Shown here one piece after another: positions 43,995-57,613 of a stretch of 64,000 nt of DNA; within the stretch, counting starts at the first letter, position 1; each line of letters begins with the position of its first letter. This DNA is from Octopus vulgaris (Eukaryota), in NCBI GenBank assembly GCA_951406725.2, contig OX597823.1, positions 114,080,001-114,144,000 on the forward strand, read 5' to 3'. Below the pieces are notes generated by a model. It searched no databases. It was not told the origin of the DNA and saw only the letters and a list, made by a program, of their open reading frames with translations. The position numbers and the translations under genes are program-made.

Positions 43995-44645
43995 CAAGAA
44001 CATCATCAAGATCTTTCTCCTTATCATCTGAGTTGTTGGGAAATTTTTTTTGTTGCTGTTGACTGTTAGATTTTTAAAACTTTTTTCCAACCTGTGTTCG
44101 TGAACTTGCTGCAGTTTGTTTATAAGAGAACTGAAGAAACTTGAAGGAACATTAAAGAAATAAAAACTATCACAAACTTCGTCATCCTCATCTGGCACCA
44201 TATACACCACATTCACAACCATACACCCACTTACACACAAACACACACATACGCCCTCTTACACGCATATCCACAAAAATGCTCGTTCACACACACACAA
44301 ACACATACACACACACACACACACAAACAGAAATACACCCAAGCACTCACATATACATACATGGGAACATGCTCTTATTTAAACATGTAACATCGAATAC
44401 ACGACTGTGATTTAGGTTTATTTCTTGGAAATTATTTTTATTTTCTTGAGAATTCTTGACTGTTTAAGGTAGTAGCAAAAAAATTTTAAAAAAGATATCT
44501 AAACTAGAACATGGTCATGTCTTAATCTTGGCGTTTTCAAAGGAACAGCTGCTTCCTTTACACACATACTTAAACACCACCATAGTATTATGTGTGTGGT
44601 TGTAAAAGTGTGTGTATATGTAAATACATATATATGCATATGTAC

Positions 44646-44703
<58 letters not shown>

Positions 44704-46553
44704 TTGTATGCGTGTATGTATATATATACACACATGCATATGCATCCATATTTACATATAAATAAAAGGATTTATGTTGAATATAGATTCAACATATCTA
44801 CGTGTAATTTTCTCTATGTGTGTTTCGCTGAATCGATCAGTTAAAGTAATCTCACAGTTACACGAGTTTTACATTTATCGTTTAATAGGTAATAATACCT
44901 TAAAATACAAAGGTAAGCCAACGTTTTCGGATAATTTTTTTAAAATAAATTAGCTTTGAATAACCGTAGGTGAGTTGTGAAACATATTTGATTTTATTTG
45001 AGCCTCATTCTGTGTAACTGACTTTTGAGTCTATCAAACGGGTTTGTTAATTTGTATAGTTTATGTGGGATGTAGTTTTCCCAGTAACCATCAGAAGCCT
45101 GATTGACGCGCAATATGTTGATGTATAACTTGTGATGGTGAAGCATCCGGAGACACGGATTGGTCAGAAAAAGCGACCAGTTTGGGGCCGGGAGAGGAGA
45201 GAGCAATATGGGAGTTAAGAAGACAAGAAACTGGTGAATTTAACAGGATTACGCTAAACTTTTACACAACCTGTTTAGATACATTGAAGCACTGCTAGAC
45301 AAGGCAGGGTGGGAATGCAGCTCACGCGTAAGTTAGAGAGAGAAGAATGCTGGTTAGCGATTACCTATTCGAGAGTTTTTATTAACGTGATGGAGCATGT
45401 GTAGAGGTAGAGCCAGTTTGTGTGAAATATTTTACGCACTTTTCTTACGGCAACAGCTGAAGGTAGAATCACTGTGACGTCAGAAGAAATAGCTCGTGGC
45501 GTTCACTCATCTCCGCATATATTCAGAACTGTTGTTTAAAACACTCTCCGGTGTTATACATGTTAATTTTAAGAAATAAATAAATGAATGAATAACCAAC
45601 TAACTAACTAAATAAATAAATAACGGTTTCAATAAAATGCATTCAACTGATTCTCTTAGCAATAAAATAAATTCATCTTATTCTGTTAGCAATACACAAC
45701 CTCTTCAATTCCAGTTTACATGACCAATACTGAGTGCTGTGTAATCCATGGGTTTAGAATACGGTTTATCTTTTATATTTATACCAGTTTTATTTATCTT
45801 TCTTAAATGTGTTTATAGTGGATTGGTGAAAATTTTGATAAGGTTCGATCTGAACGGTCCTTTCTCTGTCCTCAGACCCGTAAAGGCGAAGATGACCTCT
45901 GGATTGCAAGATTAAATAGTGCAAAGCGCTCTAACCGACACCCTAATAACTTTACCGATATGCCGCCTTAACCAGCTTTAATACATTATAAACTACAGGA
46001 TAATATTTGCTGAATAGATGTCGCAATTCATAACTTTCAAATTATGGCCACACTTTGGAGATTGCAATGCATTCAATTAGACCCGCCTAAATATATTACT
46101 ACTTTTATTTTATCGATTCCGAAATGGTTGAACGCAAAACCAAACAGAGCCGTTTATATTCAGAAGAGTCATGAAGTAAAGGAACCAAATATCGAATGTC
46201 AGGTTGAGTTCTGATAATTTTGCCCTTTAGACCCGCTCAATGCGAGCTAAATGAATGCACAAATGAAAAACCTCGATGTATTAATGGGATGAATGACGGT
46301 CTTCAAAAGAATGGTCTCTTAACTGCATTTAGTATTCTTTACCCTGCATATTAAAGGATAACGAAGTGAACTTGTACTGCAGTGAGAGGCAAGCGAAGCC
46401 GAACATGTTCTGTTGTATCAAAGCTGTATACGCTAGCGGATTTATTGATGAAAGATGGCGAATTACTTGTGATATCCAGCCCATAAATTATGTCCGGAAT
46501 ATCAGCCAAAGCAAGTTGAATACGTTAAAACTTCCCCAAAATATATGTACAAG

Positions 46554-46612
<59 letters not shown>

Positions 46613-46639
46613 ATATGTATGTATATCTCTTCTGTATTT

Positions 46640-46900
46640 AATCATTTAAATTCTTCCTCTGAAAAAGCGCTGGTTTCTAACAAAGATACAAAACTCCATC
46701 ATTGGAAAATAGATAACGAAAACATAATCAACATTTAAAGCTGAGGAAAATCTTGAACAGTTTTACAGGTCCTCTTACAGAATGTATTTGTAATTTGTGA
46801 ATAAGCTGGTTGATTTCTTTTTCTGAAAATCCCAGCTTATCCAGACCGACAGTAAAATATTTACTTACAAAATCAAGCGCTCCATTTGGTATCTACATAA
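46640..46900 (-). pseudogene. Old RLE LINE 3' end, related to 38325-38900
   Basis: Minus strand GALDFVSKYFTVGLDKLGFSEKEINQLIHKLQIHSVRGPVKLFKIFLSF, then UTR CCAATGATGGAG...TTAGAAACCAG. Confidence 0.65.
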
Positions 46901-47076
46901 TACTTGAGAAAGCTGCTTATTAATTAGGTGTATGGCAGTTACTAAAAGTACTAAAAGAAAGCAACTATTAAAGGCTTGACCATCTGAAAATGTTTTTTTA
47001 TAAATTCATGTTCTAAGGAATTTCTTATAATTTGGATTTCTGAAGTTTATTGAATTTTTAAACCTCATTTTCCCTC

Positions 47077-47188
47077 AAATTTAAATATTCATTGCATTCA
47101 CAGCGTGCAATTTTTCATAAATTTAAATATTCATTGTATTCACTGCGTCCAATTCTTCGGAAATTTAAATATTCATTGCATTCACTGC
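47077..47188. repeat. 42-bp minisatellite, ~2.7 copies
   Basis: AAATTTAAATATTCATTG(C/T)ATTCAC at 47077, 47119 and 47161. Confidence 0.85.
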
Positions 47189-47929
47189 AGGGTAGATGTT
47201 TAATAATAAACATTATTAATTCGTTGCGGGTGACACTTTCCGATTTCATTTGCAATAGTCTCCCACTCTCTCACTCTCTCTCGCCTCTATTGTTATTAAT
47301 GATAATTTAATAATAGCTGTATAACTTTAGTACGAAACACAATTTCCTGGGGTCGATTTGGTTCACTAAAATGTGGTGCCCCAGCATGACCACAGTCAAA
47401 TAACTAAAACAAGTAAAAGAAAAAAGAAAGAATAAAAGAATATGTATACATATATGTACACTTATGTAAGTTCTACAAATTATTAATGATAAATAAATAT
47501 AACCGATTGACTCAGTTACGTATCTGCATATAAATTTCTGTGATATCTCTTAGTTAGTTAGTCACACCCTCCATAATAGCCATATTACAGGTTTGACTCT
47601 ACAGAGAATTTTTATAAGTTCCTCTCTTAATATATATCGATAAAATGGCACTTTCGAATGGTCTGTTATTACATACTATCACAAATTTAAATATTCGTTG
47701 CCAAGCTTTAGGTTCACTGCAAAGTAGCTTTTAACTTTCCACTTATTTCTCATTTTTATTTCCACTATTTCTTATTGTTATTTTACTATAAGAATAAGAA
47801 GTGGAAATTTTACCGGTGAGTGTGTTAAATTATAAGACACAAAAAGAAAATGGCTCTCCCAAGACACAACAGTATATACACATATATATATTTCTATAAG
47901 AAGAAATTGACCCTATGGCTTATTATTTG

Positions 47930-48197
47930 CAAGCCTAGTTCTTATTTTATCGGTTTCTTTTGCCGAACCGCTAAATTAAGAAAACATAAGCACACTAACA
48001 TCGGTTATCAAACGATGGGGGTAGAACAGACACAGGTACACTAACATAAAAACATACCTATATATACGATAGGCTTCTTTCCGTCTACCAATTCCTCTCA
48101 CAAGGTTTTGGTCGGCCCGAGACTATAGTAGAAGATACTTGCCCACGGCACTACGCATGTAGTTGGGAAGCAAGCTTCTTACCACACAGCCACGCCT
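47930..48197 (-). mobile_element. SINE family A, diverged reverse copy
   Basis: TTTTGCCGAACCGCTAA ... CCGTCTACCAA..CTCACAAGG.TTTGGTCGGCCCGAG.CTATAGTAGAAGA ... CTTACCACACAGCCAC. Confidence 0.75.
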
Positions 48198-48204
48198 ATG
48201 CTTT

Positions 48205-48420
48205 CCATCATGTTGAAACGTTAACAGCTACACATTGTTTCTCTCTTTTTGTTTGTTTGTTCCATTCTCTCTCCGTTCTTTTTCTCGCAATCCTTTGAAT
48301 CAAAGAGCGTACACAAGAAACGTCAAAGACTTAGCCATCCATCCGAACGTCAAACTAATACATTTGTTTGTTGTTCCCATACCTGTCTTCGCTTTTGTCT
48401 TCTGTAAATTTGAACTATAT
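48205..48420 (+). mobile_element. PLE terminal-repeat-like element (same family as 17350-17540)
   Basis: AAGAGCGTACACAAGAAACGTC ... CTAATACATTTG ... ACCTGTCTTCG, ending in TATATA. Confidence 0.55.
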
Positions 48421-48424
48421 ATAA

Positions 48425-48456
<32 letters not shown>

Positions 48457-48520
48457 TGTGTGTGTGTGTAAATATCAGGAAACAATAAAAAACATTATAG
48501 TTGAAAACTAGCTAAGTTTT

Positions 48521-48559
<39 letters not shown>

Positions 48560-49056
48560 ACACACACTCACAGATACACGTTTGAAAAAGAAAAAATAAT
48601 ACGTTTTATTTTTTAACGTCGGAGTTTAATATTTACTTCATATATTTATATATGTGAAAGTAAAAAGACGAATATTGTTCACATAAAAGTTTTCGTATAA
48701 AAGTTACACTGGGAAAGTATTGTATGTTTTCAAAAGGTGAATTTTATATGCACCACACGAAAAGAGACAGAAAAGAAGGTCTTGTATAAAAAATAGGGTT
48801 ACTGAATATATGTTACTGCATGTTTTAGCTGAAAGGGGTTTTGTAGTAAAGAAAAAAACAATCGTATTTTACTGTGAAAAATCGTTTTACTGGTCAGATC
48901 CAGTTTTTGTTGTCGTTCATATTTTATTTTCGATGCGATATAAGATCATGTGGTCTTTGTTACAATATATATACGTATATGTGAGTGTACGCGTGTGCGT
49001 TTATGTGTGTGTCCATCTCTGCAGAATTATATGGTGTGTGTGTATGTGTGTATATA

Positions 49057-49120
<64 letters not shown>

Positions 49121-49146
49121 CATATACTACATATACATATACATAC

Positions 49147-49437
49147 ATAAAATAGGAATTAGAGATAAAACCACTATTATGTAACTCAAACAGTGATGAA
49201 CATAAAAAAATATATATATATATATATATAGATATATATTATATATTATATTAATTATATTTATATTATTTGTTATTTATGTATTGGCTTATGTCTATCA
49301 CTGTTTGAGTTGCATAATAGTGGTTTTATCTCTAATTCATATTTTATATATTTATACAGTGAAATTTGATTTAATACTAAATCGTGTCTTTCCCTGTAAG
49401 TTTGGAGCTATACTCCCTATTATTAATATTATTATTA
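49147..49437. mobile_element. Fold-back element: 59-bp arms (49147-49205 / 49289-49347) plus unpaired extension, in TA-rich tracts
   Basis: GAATTAGAGATAAAACCACTATTATGTAACTCAAACAGTGAT and its reverse complement. Confidence 0.8.
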
Positions 49438-50028
49438 TATACATACATATATATACTCAAGTACTGGTGTATATACGTATAAGCAGTCATGCATGTATAT
49501 TGGTATACACATGTATACATGCAGAGTAATACCTATTTGTTAGTATATCAACTTATGTTTAAAGCAAATGAAATCTAATTTAGTCTCTAACCATTCTATA
49601 AAGCACACTTCAAATAGTTATATTTCAATTAACATTATAGGATGAAGTTAATATTTGATTTAATTATATTTTAATATTATTAGATAAGCAATTTCAGTTA
49701 TCCGAAATTATATTTTATCGGTTTGTGGACAGATTTACGATGAAAATGATAAATACAAACATCTGAACGCACGGGTGGTTTACCCAACAATGGAAAGAGA
49801 GAGAGAGATAGAGAGAGCCTGAGTTGACTTTGACTTCTGTTAGATTTTGTTAAAGCCATCGGAACTCGTTTAACTCGTGTCTGATTACACAGTAACACTA
49901 ATGATTGCCTCTACGTGCATGTGAGATGTGCGACCAGACTACATTATGTACACAACTGCGCAAATTTATTTGTACGGTTAAACCTTCTTGAACGCCAATA
50001 GAATTTATATGGAATTAAAAATAATTTG

Positions 50029-50432
50029 AAGGAGTGGCTGTGTGGTAAGTAGCTTGCTTACCAACCACATGGTTCCGGGTTCAGTCCCACTGCGTGGCAT
50101 CTTGGGCAAGTGTCTTCTGCTATAACCTCGGGCCGACCAATGCCTTGTGAGTGGATTTGGTAGACGGAAACTGAAATAAGCCTGTCGTATATATGTATAT
50201 ATATATATATATATATTATTGTATGTGTGTGTGTTTGTCCCCCTAGCATTGTTTGACAACCGATGCTGGTGTGTTTACGTCCCTGTCACTTAGCGGTTCG
50301 GCAAAAGAGATCGATAGAATAAGTACTGGGCTTACAAAGAATAAGTCCCGGGGTCGATTTGCTCGACTAAAGGCGGTGCTCCAGCATGGCCGCAGTCAAA
50401 TGACTGAAACAAGTAAAAAAAGAAAAAAAGAA
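50029..50432 (+). mobile_element. SINE family A, full length
   Basis: AGGAGTGGCTGTGTGGTAAG...GGTTCAGTCCC...CAAATGACTGAAACAAGTAAAAAAAG. Confidence 0.9.
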
Positions 50433-50770
50433 AGATACATCTTATGACTAATATACATCGCTGGTGACGAGGTCAATTTAGTTTAAAATTTCATCTACAG
50501 CTGATGATAAGCAGTGACCTCGGTTCATGAACACCCCCGGGAGACGGTGGGGTTTCAAAGATTGGTGTCCGCAGGTGCGAAGTCTATAAGTCAGAGTCAC
50601 TCTTCGTATCTATCCTCCGGGTCAGCGCCTTTTCCATTTTGTCTGCTGTTGGCACGAGCAATTGTTCCATACTGTGAGACACAACATTCTCCGGTAATAC
50701 AGCTCTATATAAACACGATAAGATATAGTTAAAGTGAAATAACTTCAGTCGCGAACCGAAACCAGAACTA

Positions 50771-51187
50771 AGGCGGTGAGCTGGCAGAAACCTTAGCACG
50801 CCGGGCGAAATGCGTTGCCGTATTTCGTCTGCCGTTATGTTCTGAGTTCAAATTCCGCCGAGGTCGACTTTGCCTTTCATCATTTCGGGGTCGATAAATT
50901 AAGTACCAGTTACGCACTGGAGTCGATGTAATCGACTTAATCCGTTTGTCTATCCTTGTTTGTCCCCTCTGTGTTTAGCCCCTTGTGGGTTGTAAAGAAA
51001 TAGGTATTTCGTCTGTCGTTACGTTCTGAGTTCAAATTCCGCCGAGGTCGACTTTGCGTTTCATCCTTTCGGGATCGATAATTTAAGTACCAGTTACACA
51101 GTGTGGTCGATATAATCGACTTAATCCGTTTGTCTCCCCTTGTTTGTCCTCTCTGAGTTTAGCCCCATGTGGGTAGTAAAGAAATAG
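50771..51187 (+). mobile_element. SINE family B, dimer
   Basis: Head plus two units. Confidence 0.9.
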
Positions 51188-51834
51188 TTATTTCACTTTA
51201 ACTGATTTACTAGGGTGCATCACAGAAGCAATAATGTCATACATATGATGAACACACTCTTCCTTATGTAGTATATTTGCCACGGGGCTACTTAAGTTTT
51301 GAAAAGAAAAAAAATACCAGCAATTATATCAATAAGGAAACTAAACATTGTAGTATAACTGTTCTGACTTGCTGATAAGATTCTACTCGGCTGATTAATC
51401 ATTAAAATATCTAAAGTTTAAAAACTTTACTCCAAAACATTAATCACCAGTTTAATTTCTACTCAAATGAGACTGATAAACTCGTCAAAAGAAAAAGAAA
51501 AATCCGACATGATCTTTTAAGATTAGAAACATTAGAACGAGATTATGATTTCTCCTTGGTTCTCTAACACTCTGTCAGATAATCGAAACTTTTGAATCTC
51601 ATTTTGTTTCTTTTCGGGATAACGGAGTTATATTCTAAAAACCTTATCAGCGACTTTCTTATCAAAGAAATGCCAGTAAAACACGAAAGCCGCCAAACTT
51701 TATTTGATATGAGGACAGAATTATAGGCTGTGAGCTTTACGTTTTGTAATAGTAACTTCAAGATTAGCAAAAATGTATTGAGTACTAACTATATGCTAAA
51801 ACTGAAGGTATCATTTGGAAACCAGATTTACCTA

Positions 51835-51869
<35 letters not shown>

Positions 51870-51870
<1 letters not shown>

Positions 51871-52208
51871 CCAAACTAACGTGGCAGTGTCCAGAGAAAT
51901 AGGATGAATGCTGCTGTTGATTAGCTCCGAGAGGCGAATCTCCACTATCTAGCTGTATGACGAACAAATTTGCATCCATAAAACTTCGAGCAGGGGAGGT
52001 CATCAATTTCCCCTTGCTGGCTCGTCAACCATAGACGGGTTTCGGGATAGTTGCCCCTTATCAATGTAGAGCACCCGAGTCTAGCAAGAGTCGTGTTTTA
52101 CAAGCCCGGTCTGTAATTTCTCTGGACTGCCACGTGAGTTTGGCAATAAATTTCAAGACCCAGTAGTGCTGCTGTATATCTCCTTCAGATAGATTTGGAA
52201 ATTATAAC
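51870..52208. mobile_element. Element in (TA)n with ~30-bp inverted repeats (51870-51900 / 52116-52144) and an internal hammerhead-like motif on the minus strand (52029-52069)
   Basis: GCCAAACTAACGTGGCAGTGTCCAGAGAAAT versus ATTTCTCTGGACTGCCACGTGAGTTTGGC. Minus strand TTGATAA-GGG-GCAACTAT-CCC-GAAACCCGTC. Confidence 0.7.
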
Positions 52209-52411
52209 ATATATATATATATGTGTATGTGTGCGTGTGCGTAGTGTGTGTGTGTGCGCGCGCGGGGATGTATGCATGTGCTCCATCATGACTACAGTCA
52301 AATGACTGAAACAGATAAGAAATTAACGAATATATATATATATAAATGTATGTACATATATGTTTCGTTTATACATAATATATATGTATATGTACATACA
52401 TATTTACGTAT

Positions 52412-52558
52412 ACTCTTTTACTCTTTTACTCTTTTACTTGTTTCAGTCATTTGACTGCGGCCATGCTGGAGCACCGCCTTTAGTCGAGCAAATCGACCCC
52501 GGAACTTATTCTTTGTTAGCCCAGTACTTATTCTATCGGTCTATTTTGCCGAACCGCT
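52412..52558 (-). mobile_element. SINE family A, 3' fragment
   Basis: (CTCTTTTA)n-CTTGTTTCAGTCATTTGACTGCGGCCATGCTGGAGCACCGCC. Confidence 0.85.
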
Positions 52559-52792
52559 ATAAAATATAATGATATGTATTAGGCAGAATCATGTATGCAA
52601 GTGTGTATGTTCAAATGGCGTATAGTAAACAAAACAAATAAAAAAAAACAGGTAGGATGAGTTCACAATCAATGATTAAACTTCAAGCTTGGGAGGAGGG
52701 AAAAAATTTGATAGTTGCTATTTTTCAGAAATTATCCCCTGTATGTTTGTGTGACTGCCTGTACACATTTTTCTGGTATATTCTATGTATGA

Positions 52793-52945
52793 TTACGTTC
52801 TGAGTTCAAATTCCACAGGCAGCTGACTTTGCCTTTCATCTTCTCGGGATCGAAAAATTAAGTACCAGTTCCGTAATGGGGGTTAATCTCATCGACAGTC
52901 CCCTCTCCCGAAATTTCGGGCCGTGTGCCTAGAGTAGAAAAGAAC
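52793..52945 (+). mobile_element. SINE family B terminal-unit fragment
   Basis: TTACGTTCTGAGTTCAAATTCC..GACTTTGCCTTTCATC..GTGCCTAGAGTAGAAAAG; same tail as ~6522-6540. Confidence 0.75.
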
Positions 52946-53495
52946 ATTGTTTATGTGATGCAGTAATATCTTTGTCAAAGTTTACTACGGTCTGAATAAT
53001 TGTTCTGTAAGTGTGTATGATCGTTTATAATTATGTGTATGTATGTGAGCATGTGTACGCTTGCAGTAATAAATGTCTGTTATATCTAGTTGTCTGTGGC
53101 TATTTACACGCACATGCGGGTGCCGAAGTGCGTCCAGAGTGTACATAGGAATATATGTATGACGATACAAATTCACATACAGACATCCGCTTACTCCACA
53201 ATGTAATCCAATACAGTAAAATGTAGTGTATCCATGCAATTGAAATCCAGTAGATTTGGTCAATGAAATTATTTAATGAGGACTGTATACCATAAAATTT
53301 TGGAAATACGAGAGCTGTATATATACACATATTTCACAATGTGATGTCCTTAGGGGTACGGCCGTTTCGCAAACTTCTTCATCCGGTATGCATTTCAGTG
53401 TAGAAGAAAATTATGATCAAATCTCATAGGGATGTCATGTGGTTGAATAAATGAATATATATTCACTTATCATACCTCCTGGCTTTTATTGTTTA

Positions 53496-53545
<50 letters not shown>

Positions 53546-53556
53546 ATTATTTTTAT

Positions 53557-53630
<74 letters not shown>

Positions 53631-54511
53631 AAATGCATACATATATGCGTTTGTGTATAAATGCACGTGTGTGTATGCGTGTGTGTGCGCGTGTACACGT
53701 ATTATTGTTATTGTTTAGAATTTATTCCAGTATGCAGAACTTTGTAAGCATATGTGTATTATTAGGTGAATTACCTTTGTGAGTTACGCACAGAATATGT
53801 CGGAATCCTTAGTTCTTTTTGCTTTAATCAGTTTTAATTCTTTGCTTTGTCACTAACTTCGATAATTACATATATATAGGAGCTACAGCACACCAGTCGA
53901 AGCCAACATACAACAAACAAATGCACACTCTGTAACCTAATCATGAAGGATGATGCAGCACCATTGAAATATATATAGCAATTAAAATCAAAATATACCC
54001 CGTTTAGCACCCAAGTAACAAGAAACCCTGCAGGATTTGTCTTAATTACTCCTATCAAATTCTAACTTTCATGGACGAAAATCTGAACCGAAACCCAGCA
54101 TTGGTCTATTCATAGAAGTACAAAATCTTAAAAGCACTAAATCGTTTTAAACCAATAATTTATATCCAATGGCTAAGCATGTTAATATCTCACTAACCTC
54201 CCCATCTTCCATGTTTAGCATTATCTATCTCCATAATATATATAAAATACAGTTTTACCACTTTACTCCAAGCAAGTATGCTAGAAATAATTTAAATGTT
54301 TCTTTATCTCCAACTTAAATCCTCATTAAAGGTTTTCTAATATAAGTAAACAAGCCTACATACACACATAATAAATATATATCTATATGCAAGCAAGTAG
54401 GAACAGCCTTTTCTTTTACAGTCCTTTTCATTTTTCCCATTCCTTTTTAGAATCTGAAATTTCAAAATTTCTAATTTCTAAAACACTTTTTTACCTATAT
54501 TTTATTTAAAC

Positions 54512-54554
<43 letters not shown>

Positions 54555-54639
54555 ATTATGTATATGTATATATTATGTATATATATATATATATATTAGT
54601 ATGAATGAATATATATATATATTTATATATATATATATC

Positions 54640-56200
54640 AACATTCTGCTTAGAGATTTCCTCATTCTCTGAGAGATTAGGAATTCTTTTGGAAATATTT
54701 TCAACCAATTTGTGTAATATTTCTGGTTACTATTTACGTTAATGTACATTAGACCAATATTCGGTTTATGGCAATGCTTATATTTTCCTTTTTCTAGATC
54801 TAGGTTAATGCTCCAATAATTTGAATGAGTTATGTTCATTTTCGATAGTGATAGATAATCCTATATTTTTCGAAAAATTTATAAAATTTCTTAGAGATGT
54901 TACCGAGGGTAAAAAAGTGCGTCATCCTTTTATAGACCCCCTCCAAGTTCCGGAAATTCCCTTCCTAATTTAAATAGTATGTATGAGTCAGTAGATCAAA
55001 TTTTTATTTCAAAACTATCACTAGTGTCCATTCTTACCCAATATTTTTACCGAATTTCATAATATACTAGCAGTATCGCCCGGCGTTGCTCGGGTTTGTA
55101 AGGGAAATAGATATATAAGCATTTTTAGAGAGTTATACCCAAAAAATAGCAAAAAATGCATTAAAAATGGAAAAAAAATTATGGTAAATTTTTTTTAAAT
55201 CGTTGACTCTTCGTAGACATTTTTAGAGAGTTACTTCCCTTATATAATAGCAAAAAATGCATTAAAAATGGGAAAAAATGATGGTAATATTTTTTTTAAA
55301 TCGTAGACTCATCGTACACGCGCGCTAATACCCAGAAGGACTCGATATGAATCACGACTATAAGATACCCGGTTTTGGTTAAACTGCACCGCAAAATGTG
55401 GGAGTAGTTAGGAATCTAAATCGTACGAGACAGACACACAACTTCACTTTCATATATATAAAGATTTCCGAACTGCAAATATTACGCTGATTTCGCTCAT
55501 ATTTACATTTGAATTCTTTTTTGCAAATAAGTGGGCCTTATTTATTAGTATATGATTAATAGAAGAGTAGTAGCCATCAATATCTATTTTATAACAAGTC
55601 ATTATTTCCTTAAGCTTTTTGTTAATCATTTTTCACGTTTTATTATTTCTTATCTTATATTTCTTAGTTATTTCGTTTCCACCAAATGATGTCAATGGTC
55701 ATCTTCGAACTCGAAGGACGAACATTATTATTATTATAATTTGTGAAAGTGTATATTGAGATTATAAACGTTACCGGTCTTATCCGCGTGAACAAGAATT
55801 CCGTCTTTTCCCTTAAGGTCCTTGGTGATAGAGTAGAATCTTTTTAAATGTCCATTTCTTCTTACTGGTAATTTCTGGAACTTAATGTTTTTAACGATGG
55901 TCCATAACTCTCCCTCGAAAGCCGTTAAGCGATTATTTGGTGGTGAGTATTTCCTAGTTTTGAAATTCCTCTGAAGGAGTGATGTTTCCTCTCTATTAGT
56001 ATTCTTTGGTGCTTACTTTTTCTTATCATAGAAGTAGGCTCTCCATCTAAATCTGTGGATGGATGCCGTTGTTTTTCGAGTAGGACTTTCGTATATTCCC
56101 TTTAGATGGTATTAGAATATCTTTCAATGAAAAGTCTATGTAAATCCTCTCCACTTTGCGGGTGGAGACACTTATTGTGGCTGCGTATATCATGAGTGTT
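54640..56200 (-). pseudogene. Decayed Penelope-like element reverse transcriptase (interrupted by a Helitron)
   Basis: Minus-strand motifs in order: FEGELWTIVKNIKF (55878-55919), ILVHADKTGNVY (55764-55799), IDIDGYYSSINHILINKAHLFAK (~55520-55588), GL*KDDAL (YxDD site, 54915-54938), LDLEKGKYKHCHKPNIGLMYINVNSN. Confidence 0.8.
55067..55464 (-). mobile_element. Non-autonomous Helitron, 398 bp
   Basis: Minus strand begins TC after A and ends CCCGAGCAACGCCGGG hairpin ... CTAG before T. No TSD. Internal ~100-bp tandem duplication. Confidence 0.85.
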
Positions 56201-56605
56201 AAATAAGTTATTAAGACTCCTCTCTACACCATACACCTGAGGACGGTTTTCACTCAACAGAGATTATATAAAGCTAAGATTAACTTCAATACATCGCAGT
56301 CCGACGATGGCTTAACTGTCCGAGACTTCGTAGTGACCGTCAAAAAGTTTGTTGATTAAGAATAATAAATTTGTACTCTACAAAAGTATAGAGTAACACT
56401 CAGATAAATGTAAAACTTTATATAATGTAACTGTACATTAAAACAAGCATCAATACATACATACATGCATATATATACATATATGTGTGTGTGTATCTAT
56501 GTATACATTTTCGTATATTCATAAACACAAATATATATGCGTATGCATGTATGCGTGTATGAATGTGTGTATATATTCATACACACACACACATATATAT
56601 ATATA

Positions 56606-56656
<51 letters not shown>

Positions 56657-57613
56657 TCACTCATATATGTACATATACACGCACATACATTAACACACAT
56701 ATATAAACAGCCATATAGACATCAATTTAGGTCTGTATTTCATTGGATGTCTTATGTATTCGTATACTGAATGATGATTAATAAATGTATCAATTTTATG
56801 TATATTGTGATAAATCCCAATAATTTGTATCCGCGACACATTGGCATTATTATATTTTCTTCACTTAACATCTGTCCCCAAAGCAGCAATAACTACTTTA
56901 TTTCTATGATGATTTATCTCAAACATAGACGACTGATTTGTTTCATATTACTGATTGCGAACATTCAATAAATGTGTACGATCATTTGATTACATGCTAA
57001 GTGCGTGAAATAAAATCATTTATCAGTTACTTCAGCGAGTTATAGACTTATCAGGTGATAAGCTATTTTGAGAATGTAATATCAGTATAACATAGGAGAC
57101 ATGTATTCGTAGGATTGGTTAACGTGACTGAGTTTAGGATAAATTAATGTGACCAAGTGAAGTATGTAGTAAGTAAACAGAATTTATAATTGACAGAAGT
57201 ATGGTTCAGTATGAATAGATAATTCGATATTTCTTAATTACGGGATTAGTGAGGTTTAGTTAGTGGTAATAGAGTTCTTGGTAACTGTATTTCTGATACT
57301 CTTCCCTAAGTTACGGGGTCGGTGTTTGAAAGAAGTATGAATCCAGAATGGTGGATTGTCGCACTTGTGTAACGAAGGTTGTTTGGCCGTATACCCTAGA
57401 ACGCTTTGTATTCCGCATAAAGTTGATATCCGCGGGTAACTATCCTGCACAGGATCGTTCAGAGAGAACCTGAGGTTGGGCAGTGTGAGCAAGTAAAACT
57501 AAAGCCATCATAGAGACTTGGCAAACAGGATGTTGGAGCTTGCATCCGGCTATCACTCATCAACAGATCTGAAAAGAATACTTTTTGTTTTGCGTTAGGT
57601 AACGACATAGAGG

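Noticed and set aside
45120-45500. Possible decayed L1/Tx1 RT fragment
   Set aside because: Only 4-5 residue matches; insufficient without a search.
56234-56345. Hammerhead-like CTGAGGA.. and CCGACGATGG..CCGAGAC motifs near the PLE 5' side (also 54068-54110)
   Set aside because: Core and stems are too degenerate to call.
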